Shown here piece after piece: positions 8,878-18,622 of a DNA stretch of 64,000 nucleotides; the stretch's first letter is position 1; each line of letters opens with the position of its first letter. Source of the DNA: Eubacteriales bacterium (GTDB lineage: Bacteria; Bacillota; Clostridia; Oscillospirales; CAG-272); NCBI GenBank assembly GCA_045535815.1, contig JAZSMJ010000041.1, positions 6,159-70,158 on the forward strand, given 5' to 3'. The notes under the pieces are model-generated. The model had not been told where the DNA came from and ran no database searches. It saw only the letters and a list, made by a program, of their open reading frames with translations. A program made the position numbers and the translations under genes.

Positions 8878-10656
8878 ATGACAAAAAACGTTTACGTAAA
8901 CAAATGGCTCGATGAGATGGCTGCTCTTACACAGCCCGACAGTATCGTTTGGATAGACGGTAGCGACGAGCAGGCTGAAGCTCTGCGTGCTGAGGCTATT
9001 TCCACAGGCGAGATGATCAAGCTCAATCAGGATCTTCTTCCCAACTGCTATCTCCACAGAACAGCAGTTAACGACGTTGCTCGTGTTGAAGGAAGAACCT
9101 TTATCTGTACAAGTAAAAAAGAAGACGCAGGAAACATCAACAACTGGATGGATCCCAAGGAATGCTATGAAAAGCTCTCCAAGCTTTACAAAGGCTCCAT
9201 GAAGGGCAGAACCATGTACGTTATCCCCTATTCCATGGGTATCGTAGGATCTGACTTTGCAAAGATCGGTATCGAGCTTACAGACTCCATCTACGTTGTA
9301 CTCAATATGCTTATAATGACAAGAGTTGGCAAGGTAGTTATCGACGCTCTCGGTGACAGCCCCGACTTTATCAAGGGTCTTCACGCAAAGGCTGACATAG
9401 ATGAAAACAACCGTTACATCTGCCACTTCCCTGAAGACAATACGATCTGGTCGGTTAACTCCGGTTACGGCGGAAACGTTCTTCTCGGTAAGAAGTGCTT
9501 TGCTCTCCGTATTGCATCCTATCTCGGACGCAAAGAGGGCTGGATGGCTGAGCATATGCTCATCCTCGGTATTGAATTCCCCAACGGCGAGATCAAATAT
9601 ATCTCGGCTGCATTCCCGTCCGCTTGCGGTAAGACCAACCTCGCAATGCTTATTCCTCCGGAAATACTCCGTAAGCAGGGCTATAAGGTATGGTGCGTAG
9701 GTGACGATATTGCATGGCTGCGTGTCGGTAAGGACGGCAGACTCTGGGCTATCAACCCCGAAAACGGATTCTTCGGTGTTGCTCCCGGTACAAACGACAA
9801 ATCCAACCCCAACGCTCTCGCAACTACAAAGAGAGATACTATATTCACAAACGTTGTTCATAACCTCGATAACAACACTGTTTGGTGGGAAGGTCTTGAC
9901 AAGAATCCCCCCACAAACGCTATCGACTGGAAGGGCAACAAGTGGGATTGCACCAAGTATGACAAGAACGATAAGTCCAGTTGCGGAGCTCATCCGAACA
10001 GTAGATTTACCGCACTTGCAAAGAACTGCCCCTGCATTTCTTCTGAATTTGATAGCCCGGCAGGCGTTCCGATCACAGCTATTATCTTCGGCGGACGCCG
10101 TGCAAAGACAGCTCCGCTGGTATACGAATCAAGAAACTGGCAGCACGGTACCTTCGTTGGCTCTATCATGGCTTCCGAAACAACTGCAGCTGCTTCGGGT
10201 GCAGTCGGCGTAGTACGCCGTGACCCGATGGCAATGCGTCCCTTCGTAGGCTACGATATGGGCGACTACTTCAGCCATTGGCTCAGCATGGGTAAGGTTA
10301 TTCCCAACGCTCCCAAGATATTCAACGTAAACTGGTTCCGTACCGACGACGAGGGCAACTTCATATGGCCCGGATTCGGCGACAATATGAGAGTTCTTAT
10401 GTGGATCCTCGCTCGCTGCGAAGGTAAGGTTGACGCAGTTGAAACCGCTATCGGTTACGTTCCGAAGCCTGAGGATATCAACATTGAAGGTCTCGATATC
10501 ACCATCGATACTCTCCGTGAGCTTCTCACAGTTGATAAGGAATCCTGGCTCCAGGATGTTGAAAACATCAAGGAATTCTACGCAACCGTTGGTGAGCGTG
10601 TTCCCGCAGAGCTTTACGCAGAGCTTGAAGTTCTTGAAAACAATTTAAAGAAATAA
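8878..10656 (+). CDS. pck: phosphoenolpyruvate carboxykinase (GTP)
   Basis: 592 aa with the GTP-type PEPCK kinase-1a motif FPSACGKTN and PEPCK-like sequence throughout. Confidence 0.9.
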   Translation: MTKNVYVNKWLDEMAALTQPDSIVWIDGSDEQAEALRAEAISTGEMIKLNQDLLPNCYLHRTAVNDVARVEGRTFICTSKKEDAGNINNWMDPKECYEKLSKLYKGSMKGRTMYVIPYSMGIVGSDFAKIGIELTDSIYVVLNMLIMTRVGKVVIDALGDSPDFIKGLHAKADIDENNRYICHFPEDNTIWSVNSGYGGNVLLGKKCFALRIASYLGRKEGWMAEHMLILGIEFPNGEIKYISAAFPSACGKTNLAMLIPPEILRKQGYKVWCVGDDIAWLRVGKDGRLWAINPENGFFGVAPGTNDKSNPNALATTKRDTIFTNVVHNLDNNTVWWEGLDKNPPTNAIDWKGNKWDCTKYDKNDKSSCGAHPNSRFTALAKNCPCISSEFDSPAGVPITAIIFGGRRAKTAPLVYESRNWQHGTFVGSIMASETTAAASGAVGVVRRDPMAMRPFVGYDMGDYFSHWLSMGKVIPNAPKIFNVNWFRTDDEGNFIWPGFGDNMRVLMWILARCEGKVDAVETAIGYVPKPEDINIEGLDITIDTLRELLTVDKESWLQDVENIKEFYATVGERVPAELYAELEVLENNLKK

Positions 10657-10661
10657 TTTAA

Positions 10662-10707
10662 AGACATAAAAATAAACCGTCCGATTGGACGGTTTATTTT
10701 TATGTCT
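10662..10707. terminator. bidirectional terminator between pck and ddl
   Basis: Perfect 21-bp inverted repeat AGACATAAAAATAAACCGTCC-GATT-GGACGGTTTATTTTTATGTCT. Confidence 0.8.
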
Positions 10708-10708
10708 A

Positions 10709-11743
10709 TTATTTTTTGAACGGAAGATTTACGATAAGATCGCAAAGATCTGCATAGCTTATGCCGATCGCCTTTGCCTCCTGCGGAAGCAGGCTTGTCG
10801 GTGTCATTCCGGGGAGATTGTTTGCCTCAAGGCAGTACATATCTCCTTTTTCATCCATTATAAAGTCCATTCTTGCATAATCGCCGAGGCGAAGTGCATT
10901 GTGAGCCTTAACTGCAGCCTCTGAAAGCTGTTTTTCCTGCTCACAGCTTAAGGGAGCGGGGCATATCTCAACAGTCTTACCTGCCTGATATTTGTTCTTG
11001 TAGTCGTAAAATCCCTCTGTGGGAATGATCTCAACTGCAGGAAGAGCGTTGCCTTCAAGCACGGCAACCGTGAACTCTCTGCCCTTTATCATTTCTTCGG
11101 CAAGTATCTGTCCTTCATATTTCTTGGCGTATGAAAGTGCCGCTTCAAGCTCCGTGCGGTCCTTAACTATCGAAACGCCAACGCTTGATCCGCACGAGCA
11201 GGGCTTTATTATACAAGGATAGCCTATTTTATCCTCTATCTCTTTTATATCGCCCTTTTCGGTATCAAACATTATCCAATCGGGTGTCATAACGCCGCTG
11301 TAGCGGAACATACGCTTGGCCAGGTCCTTATCCATAGCAAGCATGCTTCCGATGCAGCCACTTCCGGTATACTTTATGTTAAAGCAGTCGAACATAGCCT
11401 GAATATGTCCGTCCTCACCCATAGCGCCGTGAAGTGCTATAAAAACGACGTCCGAATATTTGCACACGTCGAGTACGTTAGGGCCTACAAGCTCCTCTCT
11501 TCCGCCGTTTGATCTTTTTATCTCGTCAAGGTCGGGCTCGCTCTCGCTTACCTTATAGGAATAGCTTCCGCTGTTTCTGAAAAGAGAAGGTATTTCAGAG
11601 GCTGAGCAGCTTATCCCCTCGTAAACGTCTATTAAGGCAACGCTGTGCCCTTTTTCCATAAGTGCATTTGCGATAAGGCTTCCCGAGGTGAGCGAAACGT
11701 CACGCTCGGGGCTGAGACCGCCTGCAAGAACCGTTATTTTCAT
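10709..11743 (-). CDS. ddl: D-alanine--D-alanine ligase
   Basis: The N-terminus MKITVLAGGLSPERDVSLTSG and an ATP-grasp body are typical of Ddl. Confidence 0.9.
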   Translation of the reverse strand: MKITVLAGGLSPERDVSLTSGSLIANALMEKGHSVALIDVYEGISCSASEIPSLFRNSGSYSYKVSESEPDLDEIKRSNGGREELVGPNVLDVCKYSDVVFIALHGAMGEDGHIQAMFDCFNIKYTGSGCIGSMLAMDKDLAKRMFRYSGVMTPDWIMFDTEKGDIKEIEDKIGYPCIIKPCSCGSSVGVSIVKDRTELEAALSYAKKYEGQILAEEMIKGREFTVAVLEGNALPAVEIIPTEGFYDYKNKYQAGKTVEICPAPLSCEQEKQLSEAAVKAHNALRLGDYARMDFIMDEKGDMYCLEANNLPGMTPTSLLPQEAKAIGISYADLCDLIVNLPFKK

Positions 11744-11832
11744 ATATGTTCTCCCTTTTAATGTGTGTGCATATTTACCCGATACAATAATATTATATCT
11801 GCAACCGATTTATTCCGCAGATCAGAGGGCAC

Positions 11833-13407
11833 TCAGACAGTCTGACCCTCTCTCGTTTCGTAAAGCTTGTATTCAACCGCATCGGCAAGTGCCTGCCAGC
11901 TGGCGTCGATAATATCGACCGAAACGCCGGTCGTATGCCATATCTTGACGTCGTCAGCCGTTTCGATGAATACGCAAACCTTGGATGCGGTGGTATCGCT
12001 TGAATTGATAACACGCACCTTATAGTCGGTAAGCCTTGCGTTTTCAACCTCGGGATAGAATCTGCCGAGCGCCCGTCTGAGCGCAATATCCATAGCGTTT
12101 ACAGGACCCTCTCCCTCTGCGGCAGTGATCTCCTGCTTTCCGTCTACCGATATGTTTATAAGTGCGGTACAATAGCTTTCGTATTTTGATTCGTTTACCG
12201 TGACCTGATACTTTATAAGCTCAAAGAAGCGCTTTCTCGTGCCTATCGCATCCCTCATCAAAAGCATAAGAGAGGCGTCTGCGTTTTCGTAGGTATAGCC
12301 CTTGCTCTCGTATTCCTTTATCTTTTCAAGGGCGGCCCTTACCTTTGGGTCATCCTTTGATACTCCTGGAAGAAGGGTCTCCATCTTATCCTGCACAGCC
12401 GCTCTTCCTGCAATATCGCTTATCAAAAGATTTCTGCTGTTGCCGATAATCGAAGGGTCTGTATGCTCAAATGCGAGGGGCGCCTTTTTGACTGCATCTA
12501 TATGCATTCCTGCCTTATGCGTGAAGGCGTATCCGCCGACGAAGGGCTCGCTTTCGTCAAACTTTCTGTTGCAGACCTCGTTTATATATCTAACTTCCTT
12601 GGTCAGCTGTGACAGCTTTTCCTCGGGTATGCATTTATAGCCGAGCTTGATCTGAAGAAGGGGTATGAGGGTATTGAGATTTGCGTTACCGCATCGCTCG
12701 CCCATGCCCGATATAGTGCCCTGTATCTGCGCTGTGCCCTCAAGAACTGCCGATACCGACGATGCAACCGCCATACCGATATCGTTATGGCAGTGTATAC
12801 CAAGCTTTGCCTGTGGCAAAGCCGTTCTTATTTTTCCGCAGGTCATTCCTATAATATCGGGAAGCATTCCGCCCCTGGTATCGCAAAGAACGAGGGTATC
12901 TGCACCTGCGCTGTGCGCCGTTTGGAGCACTGAGAGGGCATATTCGGGATTTTCACTGTATCCGTCAAAGAAATGCTCTGCATCAAAGATCACCTCTTTG
13001 CCTGCATCCTTCAGATATTTAACGGTATCGTATATCATCGAAAGATTTTCTGCAGGGTCTGTTGCAAGCACGTTATACACCTGATAAAGCCAGCTTTTTC
13101 CGAAAATTGCAACCGTCTTTATCGGGGATGTGGCAACTGCGGCAAACTCGGGCTCGCTTTCTATTCTGGAGTTTGCACGTCTGGTGCTTCCGAATGCACA
13201 AAGCCTTGCATGCTTTACGTGTATTTTATCGCAGTTGTTAATAAGGTCGATATCTATTCCGTTTGATGCAAAGTTTCCGATCTCTATGTAATCAACGCAA
13301 AGACGGTCAAGAGCCGATATTATCTTCTTTTTATCCTCTGCAGTAAACGAAATGCCTGCACCCTGCGCTCCGTCACGCAGAGTGGTATCGTATATTTCGA
13401 TCTTCAT
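11833..13407 (-). CDS. cimA: (R)-citramalate synthase (LeuA-family paralogue)
   Basis: The N-terminus YDTTLRDGAQ, the 524-aa length and a LeuA-dimer-like C-terminus match the CimA subfamily rather than canonical LeuA. Confidence 0.75.
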   Translation of the reverse strand: MKIEIYDTTLRDGAQGAGISFTAEDKKKIISALDRLCVDYIEIGNFASNGIDIDLINNCDKIHVKHARLCAFGSTRRANSRIESEPEFAAVATSPIKTVAIFGKSWLYQVYNVLATDPAENLSMIYDTVKYLKDAGKEVIFDAEHFFDGYSENPEYALSVLQTAHSAGADTLVLCDTRGGMLPDIIGMTCGKIRTALPQAKLGIHCHNDIGMAVASSVSAVLEGTAQIQGTISGMGERCGNANLNTLIPLLQIKLGYKCIPEEKLSQLTKEVRYINEVCNRKFDESEPFVGGYAFTHKAGMHIDAVKKAPLAFEHTDPSIIGNSRNLLISDIAGRAAVQDKMETLLPGVSKDDPKVRAALEKIKEYESKGYTYENADASLMLLMRDAIGTRKRFFELIKYQVTVNESKYESYCTALINISVDGKQEITAAEGEGPVNAMDIALRRALGRFYPEVENARLTDYKVRVINSSDTTASKVCVFIETADDVKIWHTTGVSVDIIDASWQALADAVEYKLYETREGQTV

Positions 13408-13441
13408 ACTAATATCACCGCCTGATAATCAAATGTCAGAT

Positions 13442-14941
13442 TTACTGTGCCGCCCACTTATTGAGCGCATTTATATACGCTTTGATACTTGCCTCTATAA
13501 TATCGTTTGAAACGCTTCGTCCGCTGTATGAAGCGCCCTGTATGGTTATCTTTACCTTTGCTTCACCAAGAGCATCCGTACCCTCGGTAACCGCCTTAAT
13601 GCCGTATTCCTCAAGCTTTATATCGTCCGCTCCGCTCAGTCTTCTTATAGCGTTAAATGCGGCGTCTATCGGACCGTCTCCGATAGCAGCCTCGGAGATA
13701 GACTCTCCCGCGCAGGAAAGGGTTATCATTGCCATGGCGCTCATTCTGTTTCCGCTCTGTATCTGGAAGGTGTCAAGCTCGTAAATGCTTGAGAGCGAGT
13801 CGAGATACTCGTTTACTATAGCTCTGATATCTCTGTCGCTTACCGCCTTTTTATCTGCAAAATTCTTGAATATGCGGAAGCATTCGTTTATTCCGTTTTC
13901 ATCAAGGCCGTATCCGAGCTCGGCAAGACGCTTTGCAAAAGCGTGCTTTCCGCTGAGCTTTCCGAGCACTATATTTCCGTCGTCAAGACCGATGGTATCG
14001 GGGGACATTATTTCATAAGTGCGTCTGTCCTTGAGCACTCCGTGCTGATGTATTCCTGATTCGTGGATGAATGCGTTTGCGCCGACTATTGCCTTGTTCG
14101 GAGGCACCGTTATGCCGAAAAGGGAGCTTACCAGACGGCTTGTCCTTGTAATCTCCTTGGTATTGATATTCATCTGCGTGCCGTAGTATTCACGCCTTGT
14201 GTAGAGATTCATAATTATCTCTTCAAGTGCGGCGTTGCCTGCACGCTCACCCAGACCGTTTATAGAGCCCTCTATCTGAAGAGCACCGCATTTGATGGCT
14301 TCAAGGCTGTTAGCGGTCGCATTTCCGAGGTCATCGTGACAGTGAACGCTGATCACAGCCTTATCGATTCCCTTTGCGTTGGCTTTGATATAGGATATAA
14401 GCTCACCGAATTCACCGGGAAGAGAATAGCCTACCGTGTCGGGAATATTTATGGTGGTTGCCCCCGACTCGATGGCAGCTTCTATCACACGGCAGAGATA
14501 ATCTCTGTCACTTCTGCTGGCATCCTCTGCCGAAAACTCAATATCGTCAAAGAAATTGCGTGCATATGATACCGCATCTCTTACTCTTTCGATGGCTTCC
14601 TCTCTGCTTATTCCGAGCTTGTGCTCAAGATGGAGGTCGCTTGTTGCGATAAAGATATGTATTCTCTTTTTTGCGGCATCCTTAAGTGCTGTCACTGCCG
14701 CATCTATATCAGAGCGAAGGGTTCTTGCAAGAGCGGCAACCGTGCTGTTCTTTATTGCCGCGCAAACCGCCTCAACTGCCTTAAGATCTCCGTTTGAGGC
14801 CGCAGGGAAGCCTGCCTCGATAACGTCGATACCGAGTCTTTCAAGCTGTCTTGCTATTTCAACCTTATTGGCACGGCTTATGTGCGCGCCCGGAGTCTGC
14901 TCTCCGTCTCTGAGTGTGGTGTCAAAAAATATTATCTTCAT
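13442..14941 (-). CDS. leuA: 2-isopropylmalate synthase
   Basis: FDTTLRDGEQTPG, HCHDDLG and a C-terminal regulatory domain. Confidence 0.88.
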   Translation of the reverse strand: MKIIFFDTTLRDGEQTPGAHISRANKVEIARQLERLGIDVIEAGFPAASNGDLKAVEAVCAAIKNSTVAALARTLRSDIDAAVTALKDAAKKRIHIFIATSDLHLEHKLGISREEAIERVRDAVSYARNFFDDIEFSAEDASRSDRDYLCRVIEAAIESGATTINIPDTVGYSLPGEFGELISYIKANAKGIDKAVISVHCHDDLGNATANSLEAIKCGALQIEGSINGLGERAGNAALEEIIMNLYTRREYYGTQMNINTKEITRTSRLVSSLFGITVPPNKAIVGANAFIHESGIHQHGVLKDRRTYEIMSPDTIGLDDGNIVLGKLSGKHAFAKRLAELGYGLDENGINECFRIFKNFADKKAVSDRDIRAIVNEYLDSLSSIYELDTFQIQSGNRMSAMAMITLSCAGESISEAAIGDGPIDAAFNAIRRLSGADDIKLEEYGIKAVTEGTDALGEAKVKITIQGASYSGRSVSNDIIEASIKAYINALNKWAAQ

Positions 14942-14977
14942 AATATCCGTCCGGTCGTAAATTTATTGTTATTGTCT

Positions 14978-15709
14978 TTACCTTGATACTTTTACTGTGA
15001 TAACTCTGTCGTTCCCCGAATAATCCTTTAGAACCGCAAAGTCGTAAAATCCGTCCCTTTGGCAGAGCTCCTTGAGGTCTGAGGCCTGATCGTAGCCTAT
15101 CTCGAATATAAAGGCGCCGCCGTCCTTAAGATTTTTGGTGTAGTGCTCTGTAATTGCTCTGTAGAACAAAAGGCCGTCGCTGCCGCCGTCAAGCGCAGGC
15201 CTCGGCTCCTGACGGACCTCATATTCAAGCGTATCTATAACGTCGCTTCTTATATAAGGCGGATTTGAGACGATTATATCAAACAGCTCGTCTTTAAGGC
15301 AGTCTCCTGCAAGAACGTCATCTTTTGAAATCTCTATTCTGTCATAAACGCCGTTCATTTTTGCGTTTCCCTTTGCAACCTCTATAGCACCTTTTGATAT
15401 ATCAACTGCAGCTGCGCTGCAATCGGTGCGCTCGCAAAGAGCGGATATTGCAATACATCCGCTGCCCGTGCAAAGATCGGCAAAGCGTCCGTTTTTTGGA
15501 AGCATTTTGCAAAGCTGCTCGACGAGATGCTCTGTATCGGGTCTCGGAATAAGACAGTCGGGGGTGATCTTGTAGGTCTGACGGTAGAAATACCATTCGC
15601 CCAATATATACGCAAGCGGCTCTCGGTCATTCAGCCTTTTCACCGCCGCCTCTCGCTCAGCCTCATCTGTAAATCTTTCGCATATGAGGCGGTATTCTCT
15701 GTCAGTCAT
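14978..15709 (-). CDS. prmC: peptide chain release factor N5-glutamine methyltransferase
   Basis: NPPY motif (VSNPPYI) and SAM-binding motif DLCTGSGCI. Start trimmed to MTDREY at 15709, which overlaps the stop of the upstream gene by 8 nt (ATGACTGA). Confidence 0.85.
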   Translation of the reverse strand: MTDREYRLICERFTDEAEREAAVKRLNDREPLAYILGEWYFYRQTYKITPDCLIPRPDTEHLVEQLCKMLPKNGRFADLCTGSGCIAISALCERTDCSAAAVDISKGAIEVAKGNAKMNGVYDRIEISKDDVLAGDCLKDELFDIIVSNPPYIRSDVIDTLEYEVRQEPRPALDGGSDGLLFYRAITEHYTKNLKDGGAFIFEIGYDQASDLKELCQRDGFYDFAVLKDYSGNDRVITVKVSR

Positions 15710-16712
15710 TTTTCTCTTCTTCTGTGCTCTCGGTATTCTCCTTATCGGGAGTGAGAGGAAGGGCATCCTCGGGAAATTCCTCGGGGAGTGCGTTCTTAAG
15801 AGCCGTTATAGCAATTTCGATCTGCTGATCGTCAGGCTCACGGGTGGTTATTCTCTGCATAAGAAGTCCGGGTGCGGAAAGAAGTCTTGTTATTGCGTTT
15901 GGATGCTTGCCCGCAATCATGATGAATTCATATCCAAGCCCGATAACTACCGGAAGCAGGCAAACCTTTGTAAGAACTCTCAAAAGCATATTGTCCCAGG
16001 TAACGAAGGGAAGCGAGAATATAAGTATGCTGATGATAAGTATAACGAACATAAAGCTGGTGCCGCATCTGGGGTGGAAGCGCTTATACTTCTTAACGTT
16101 TTCAACCGTAAGCTCCTCGCCCGATTCATAGCAGAAGATGCTCTTATGCTCTGCGCCGTGGTATTCAAAGGTGCGTCGGATATCCTTCATCAGAGAAACG
16201 AGCGCAAGGTAGGATACGAATATAACTATCTTGATAACGCCCTCGATAAGATTTTTAAACCATCCGAGCTGTCCGCCTGCAAGCGAGTCTATCCACTTTG
16301 TGACGGTTACGGGCAAAAAGAAGAAAAGTCCAAAGCCAAGGGCAAAGCCGAGCACCGATGCGATGACCATTATAAAGTCAACGATGCTTTTGCCAAAGCG
16401 CTTTTTCAGCCATTTTTCAAACTTGGTCTCCTCTTCCTCGAGGCCGATAGCATCAGCCGAAACGGCAAGGCATTTAAAGCTGAGTATCATGGTCTCAACC
16501 ATATTGACAACGCCCCTGATTATCGGAATGTCAAGTATTTTATGCTTCTTTCTGACTGATGTAAAAATTTTGTTTGTTATTGAAATGGAACCGTCCTCAC
16601 GTCTTACTGCGATAGAGTAACGGTCACGGCTCTTCATCATTATACCTTCGATAAGTGCCTCGCCGCCAACGCTTCCGAGACGTGGGCAGGCTGTTTTATT
16701 CTTTTCAGACAT
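15702..16712 (-). CDS. DUF1385-domain membrane protein
   Basis: GGEALIEGIMMKS motif and a polytopic C-terminal half. This family commonly precedes prmC in Firmicutes. Confidence 0.75.
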   Translation of the reverse strand: MSEKNKTACPRLGSVGGEALIEGIMMKSRDRYSIAVRREDGSISITNKIFTSVRKKHKILDIPIIRGVVNMVETMILSFKCLAVSADAIGLEEEETKFEKWLKKRFGKSIVDFIMVIASVLGFALGFGLFFFLPVTVTKWIDSLAGGQLGWFKNLIEGVIKIVIFVSYLALVSLMKDIRRTFEYHGAEHKSIFCYESGEELTVENVKKYKRFHPRCGTSFMFVILIISILIFSLPFVTWDNMLLRVLTKVCLLPVVIGLGYEFIMIAGKHPNAITRLLSAPGLLMQRITTREPDDQQIEIAITALKNALPEEFPEDALPLTPDKENTESTEEEKND

Positions 16713-16858
16713 TTTTATATCTCCTTATTTTTCACTATCAAAATAAATTATATCAAACCGAATAATAAACTTAAACGGTAATTTGTAAACACGGTGTTGC
16801 CAAAAATGCAAAACGGATATATAATATAAGTGTTATTTGCAAATAAAGGAGTAAAAAG

Positions 16859-17410
16859 ATGATAGATCTTCTCACACTTGAAAAACAGTTTATTGCCGCA
16901 CATATAAAGGTGGGCGGTACTGTTGTTGATTTTACTATGGGTAACGGACACGATACCCTCTATCTTTCAAACGCCGTTGGCGAAAATGGAAAGGTTTATG
17001 CCTTTGATATTCAAAAGGATGCGCTTGCATCAACCGAAAAGCTTCTTTCCTCGTCCGGCTGCCCCAAAAATTATACCCTTATACTCGATTCGCACGCAAA
17101 CGTCAAAAACTATGTAAATCAGCCTATCTGCGCAGGAATGTTCAACCTTGGTTATCTTCCGGGCGGAGATAAGTCTATAACAACGCTCAGAGAAAGCACG
17201 CTTGCCGCAGTAAACGCCGCAATAACTATTCTTGATGATGACGGCATAATTCTTATTGCCGTATATCCCGGTCACGAGGAGGGCGACCTTGAGGGCAAAA
17301 TGCTGAGCGAGCATCTTTCAACGCTTGACCGCCGTACATTCTGCGTTTCACGCTTTAAGATAATCAACTCGCCGACCTCGCCCTTCTTTTTCGCTATAGA
17401 GAAGAAATAA
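16859..17410 (+). CDS. YtqB/MnmM-like class I SAM-dependent methyltransferase
   Basis: 183 aa. The DFTMGNGHDT SAM-binding motif and overall similarity fit the putative rRNA methylase family now assigned as tRNA mnm5s2U methyltransferase. Confidence 0.65.
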   Translation: MIDLLTLEKQFIAAHIKVGGTVVDFTMGNGHDTLYLSNAVGENGKVYAFDIQKDALASTEKLLSSSGCPKNYTLILDSHANVKNYVNQPICAGMFNLGYLPGGDKSITTLRESTLAAVNAAITILDDDGIILIAVYPGHEEGDLEGKMLSEHLSTLDRRTFCVSRFKIINSPTSPFFFAIEKK

Positions 17411-17413
17411 GCT

Positions 17414-18607
17414 TTATTTAGGCAGGCCTGCGGTGAGTATTTTGTATGCCTCACCGTCAATCAGAGAGTCGATGCCGTTTAAGAACAAAACCGCATCGTA
17501 TTCTTTGCCCAGGGCATATTCGTATACCGAGAAGTTGCAGTATCTTGCATCTATTATATCAATATCGAAATGCCTTGCCAAAAACGGCACAACGCTGTGA
17601 GCAAAGCTGTCTTTTATAAGCAAAAGTTCGGGCCTTTCTGTGCCTGCTTCATATGCGCCTTCGGGCGCATATTTTATTTCAACGAGAGAATTGTTGCCCG
17701 ATAAGAACGAGCCGTACTTATCCTTCGTTTCAAGATATGAGGTATCGTAAAAGCCCCTGAACGAAATATCGGCATCGGGTATCGAGGTTATAAAATCCTC
17801 ATCGCCCGAGTATCTGAAATATTCAATGCTCTCACCCTCGACGTATCTGAAGCCCGATTTTGACCAGGTCGTGCCGTAAAAATCATCACTTGCCTCTATT
17901 ACGTCAAAATCCGCTATATCGTAGGGCACAACGCCCATCGCATCGGCTATTTCAAGATATGCGTAATATGCTCCGAGGGTTGTCCAGTGATGGTCTGTGC
18001 GGTAATATACCGCCTCGCCACCGTCTGCCTTCTTTGAGAGGGGAGTCAGAAGATCTATGCTTTTGATCTTGTCCGAAACCTCAGCGTACAGATCATCCCA
18101 TATCAAAATGTCACGCTCAGAGGAATAGCTCTTGGGCAGATAGCTTGTCAGAACGTCACAAGAGCGGGGCGCAAGTGCCGAATATGACGGTACGCCCAGA
18201 TCGTTCATAGCTTCGCAGAAGCGGTTTATTGCGCTGACGTTTGTGTAAAGCCCGCCTTTGTCGCTGCTTTGCGGACGGCTTACGAGATATCCACCGGAGG
18301 CGAGAATAACGCCGTTGTTTTCCGATTTCAGAAGCGCCGCCTCTATGCTTGCCTTAAGAGCGATAAATTCATCACGCAAGGGAAGCTGGTCTCTGTAATA
18401 ATCGGCAGTTTCCTTTGAAAATCTGCCGTCGGCAATTCGCTCTAAAAGCTTGTTTGCGGAAGGGAGCTGAGCAAGATCTCTGTTTTCATCATACGATGCC
18501 GCTTTATCGGGAACTATCCAGAAGGCAAGTGCAAATCCGAATACTATTGCAAGCATAACTGCTGCTGTTGCAACGTCGGTTATTTTTTTGAAATTCATCT
18601 TTTTCAC
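17414..18607 (-). CDS. DHHW-motif protein (AlgX/AlgJ-like SGNH O-acetyltransferase partner)
   Basis: GTG start 8 nt after GGGAGG. N-terminal TM anchor. Literal DHHW motif (YYRTDHHWTTLGAYYAY). Sits immediately downstream of an MBOAT gene. Confidence 0.8.
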   Translation of the reverse strand: MKKMNFKKITDVATAAVMLAIVFGFALAFWIVPDKAASYDENRDLAQLPSANKLLERIADGRFSKETADYYRDQLPLRDEFIALKASIEAALLKSENNGVILASGGYLVSRPQSSDKGGLYTNVSAINRFCEAMNDLGVPSYSALAPRSCDVLTSYLPKSYSSERDILIWDDLYAEVSDKIKSIDLLTPLSKKADGGEAVYYRTDHHWTTLGAYYAYLEIADAMGVVPYDIADFDVIEASDDFYGTTWSKSGFRYVEGESIEYFRYSGDEDFITSIPDADISFRGFYDTSYLETKDKYGSFLSGNNSLVEIKYAPEGAYEAGTERPELLLIKDSFAHSVVPFLARHFDIDIIDARYCNFSVYEYALGKEYDAVLFLNGIDSLIDGEAYKILTAGLPK

Positions 18608-18622
18608 TGTCTGTACCTCCCG

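Noticed and set aside
8761-9993. A 410-aa ORF antisense to the PEPCK gene. Similar long antisense ORFs lie at 791-1801, 29382-30563, 51713-53332 and 55125-56117.
   Set aside because: Each lies fully opposite a gene with strong family motifs. Their translations are low-complexity, Cys/Arg/Val-rich strings with no RBS or recognisable motif. ORF 51713-53332 even spans two separate sense genes. Long antisense frames are expected when the sense genes avoid TTA, CTA and TCA codons.
14942-16712. A DUF1385-prmC run not followed by prfA and instead joined (36-nt gap) to leuA-cimA, considered as an unusual operon fusion.
   Set aside because: prfA may simply be elsewhere in the genome. The short gap alone does not prove co-transcription, and nothing in the sequence indicates a novel function.
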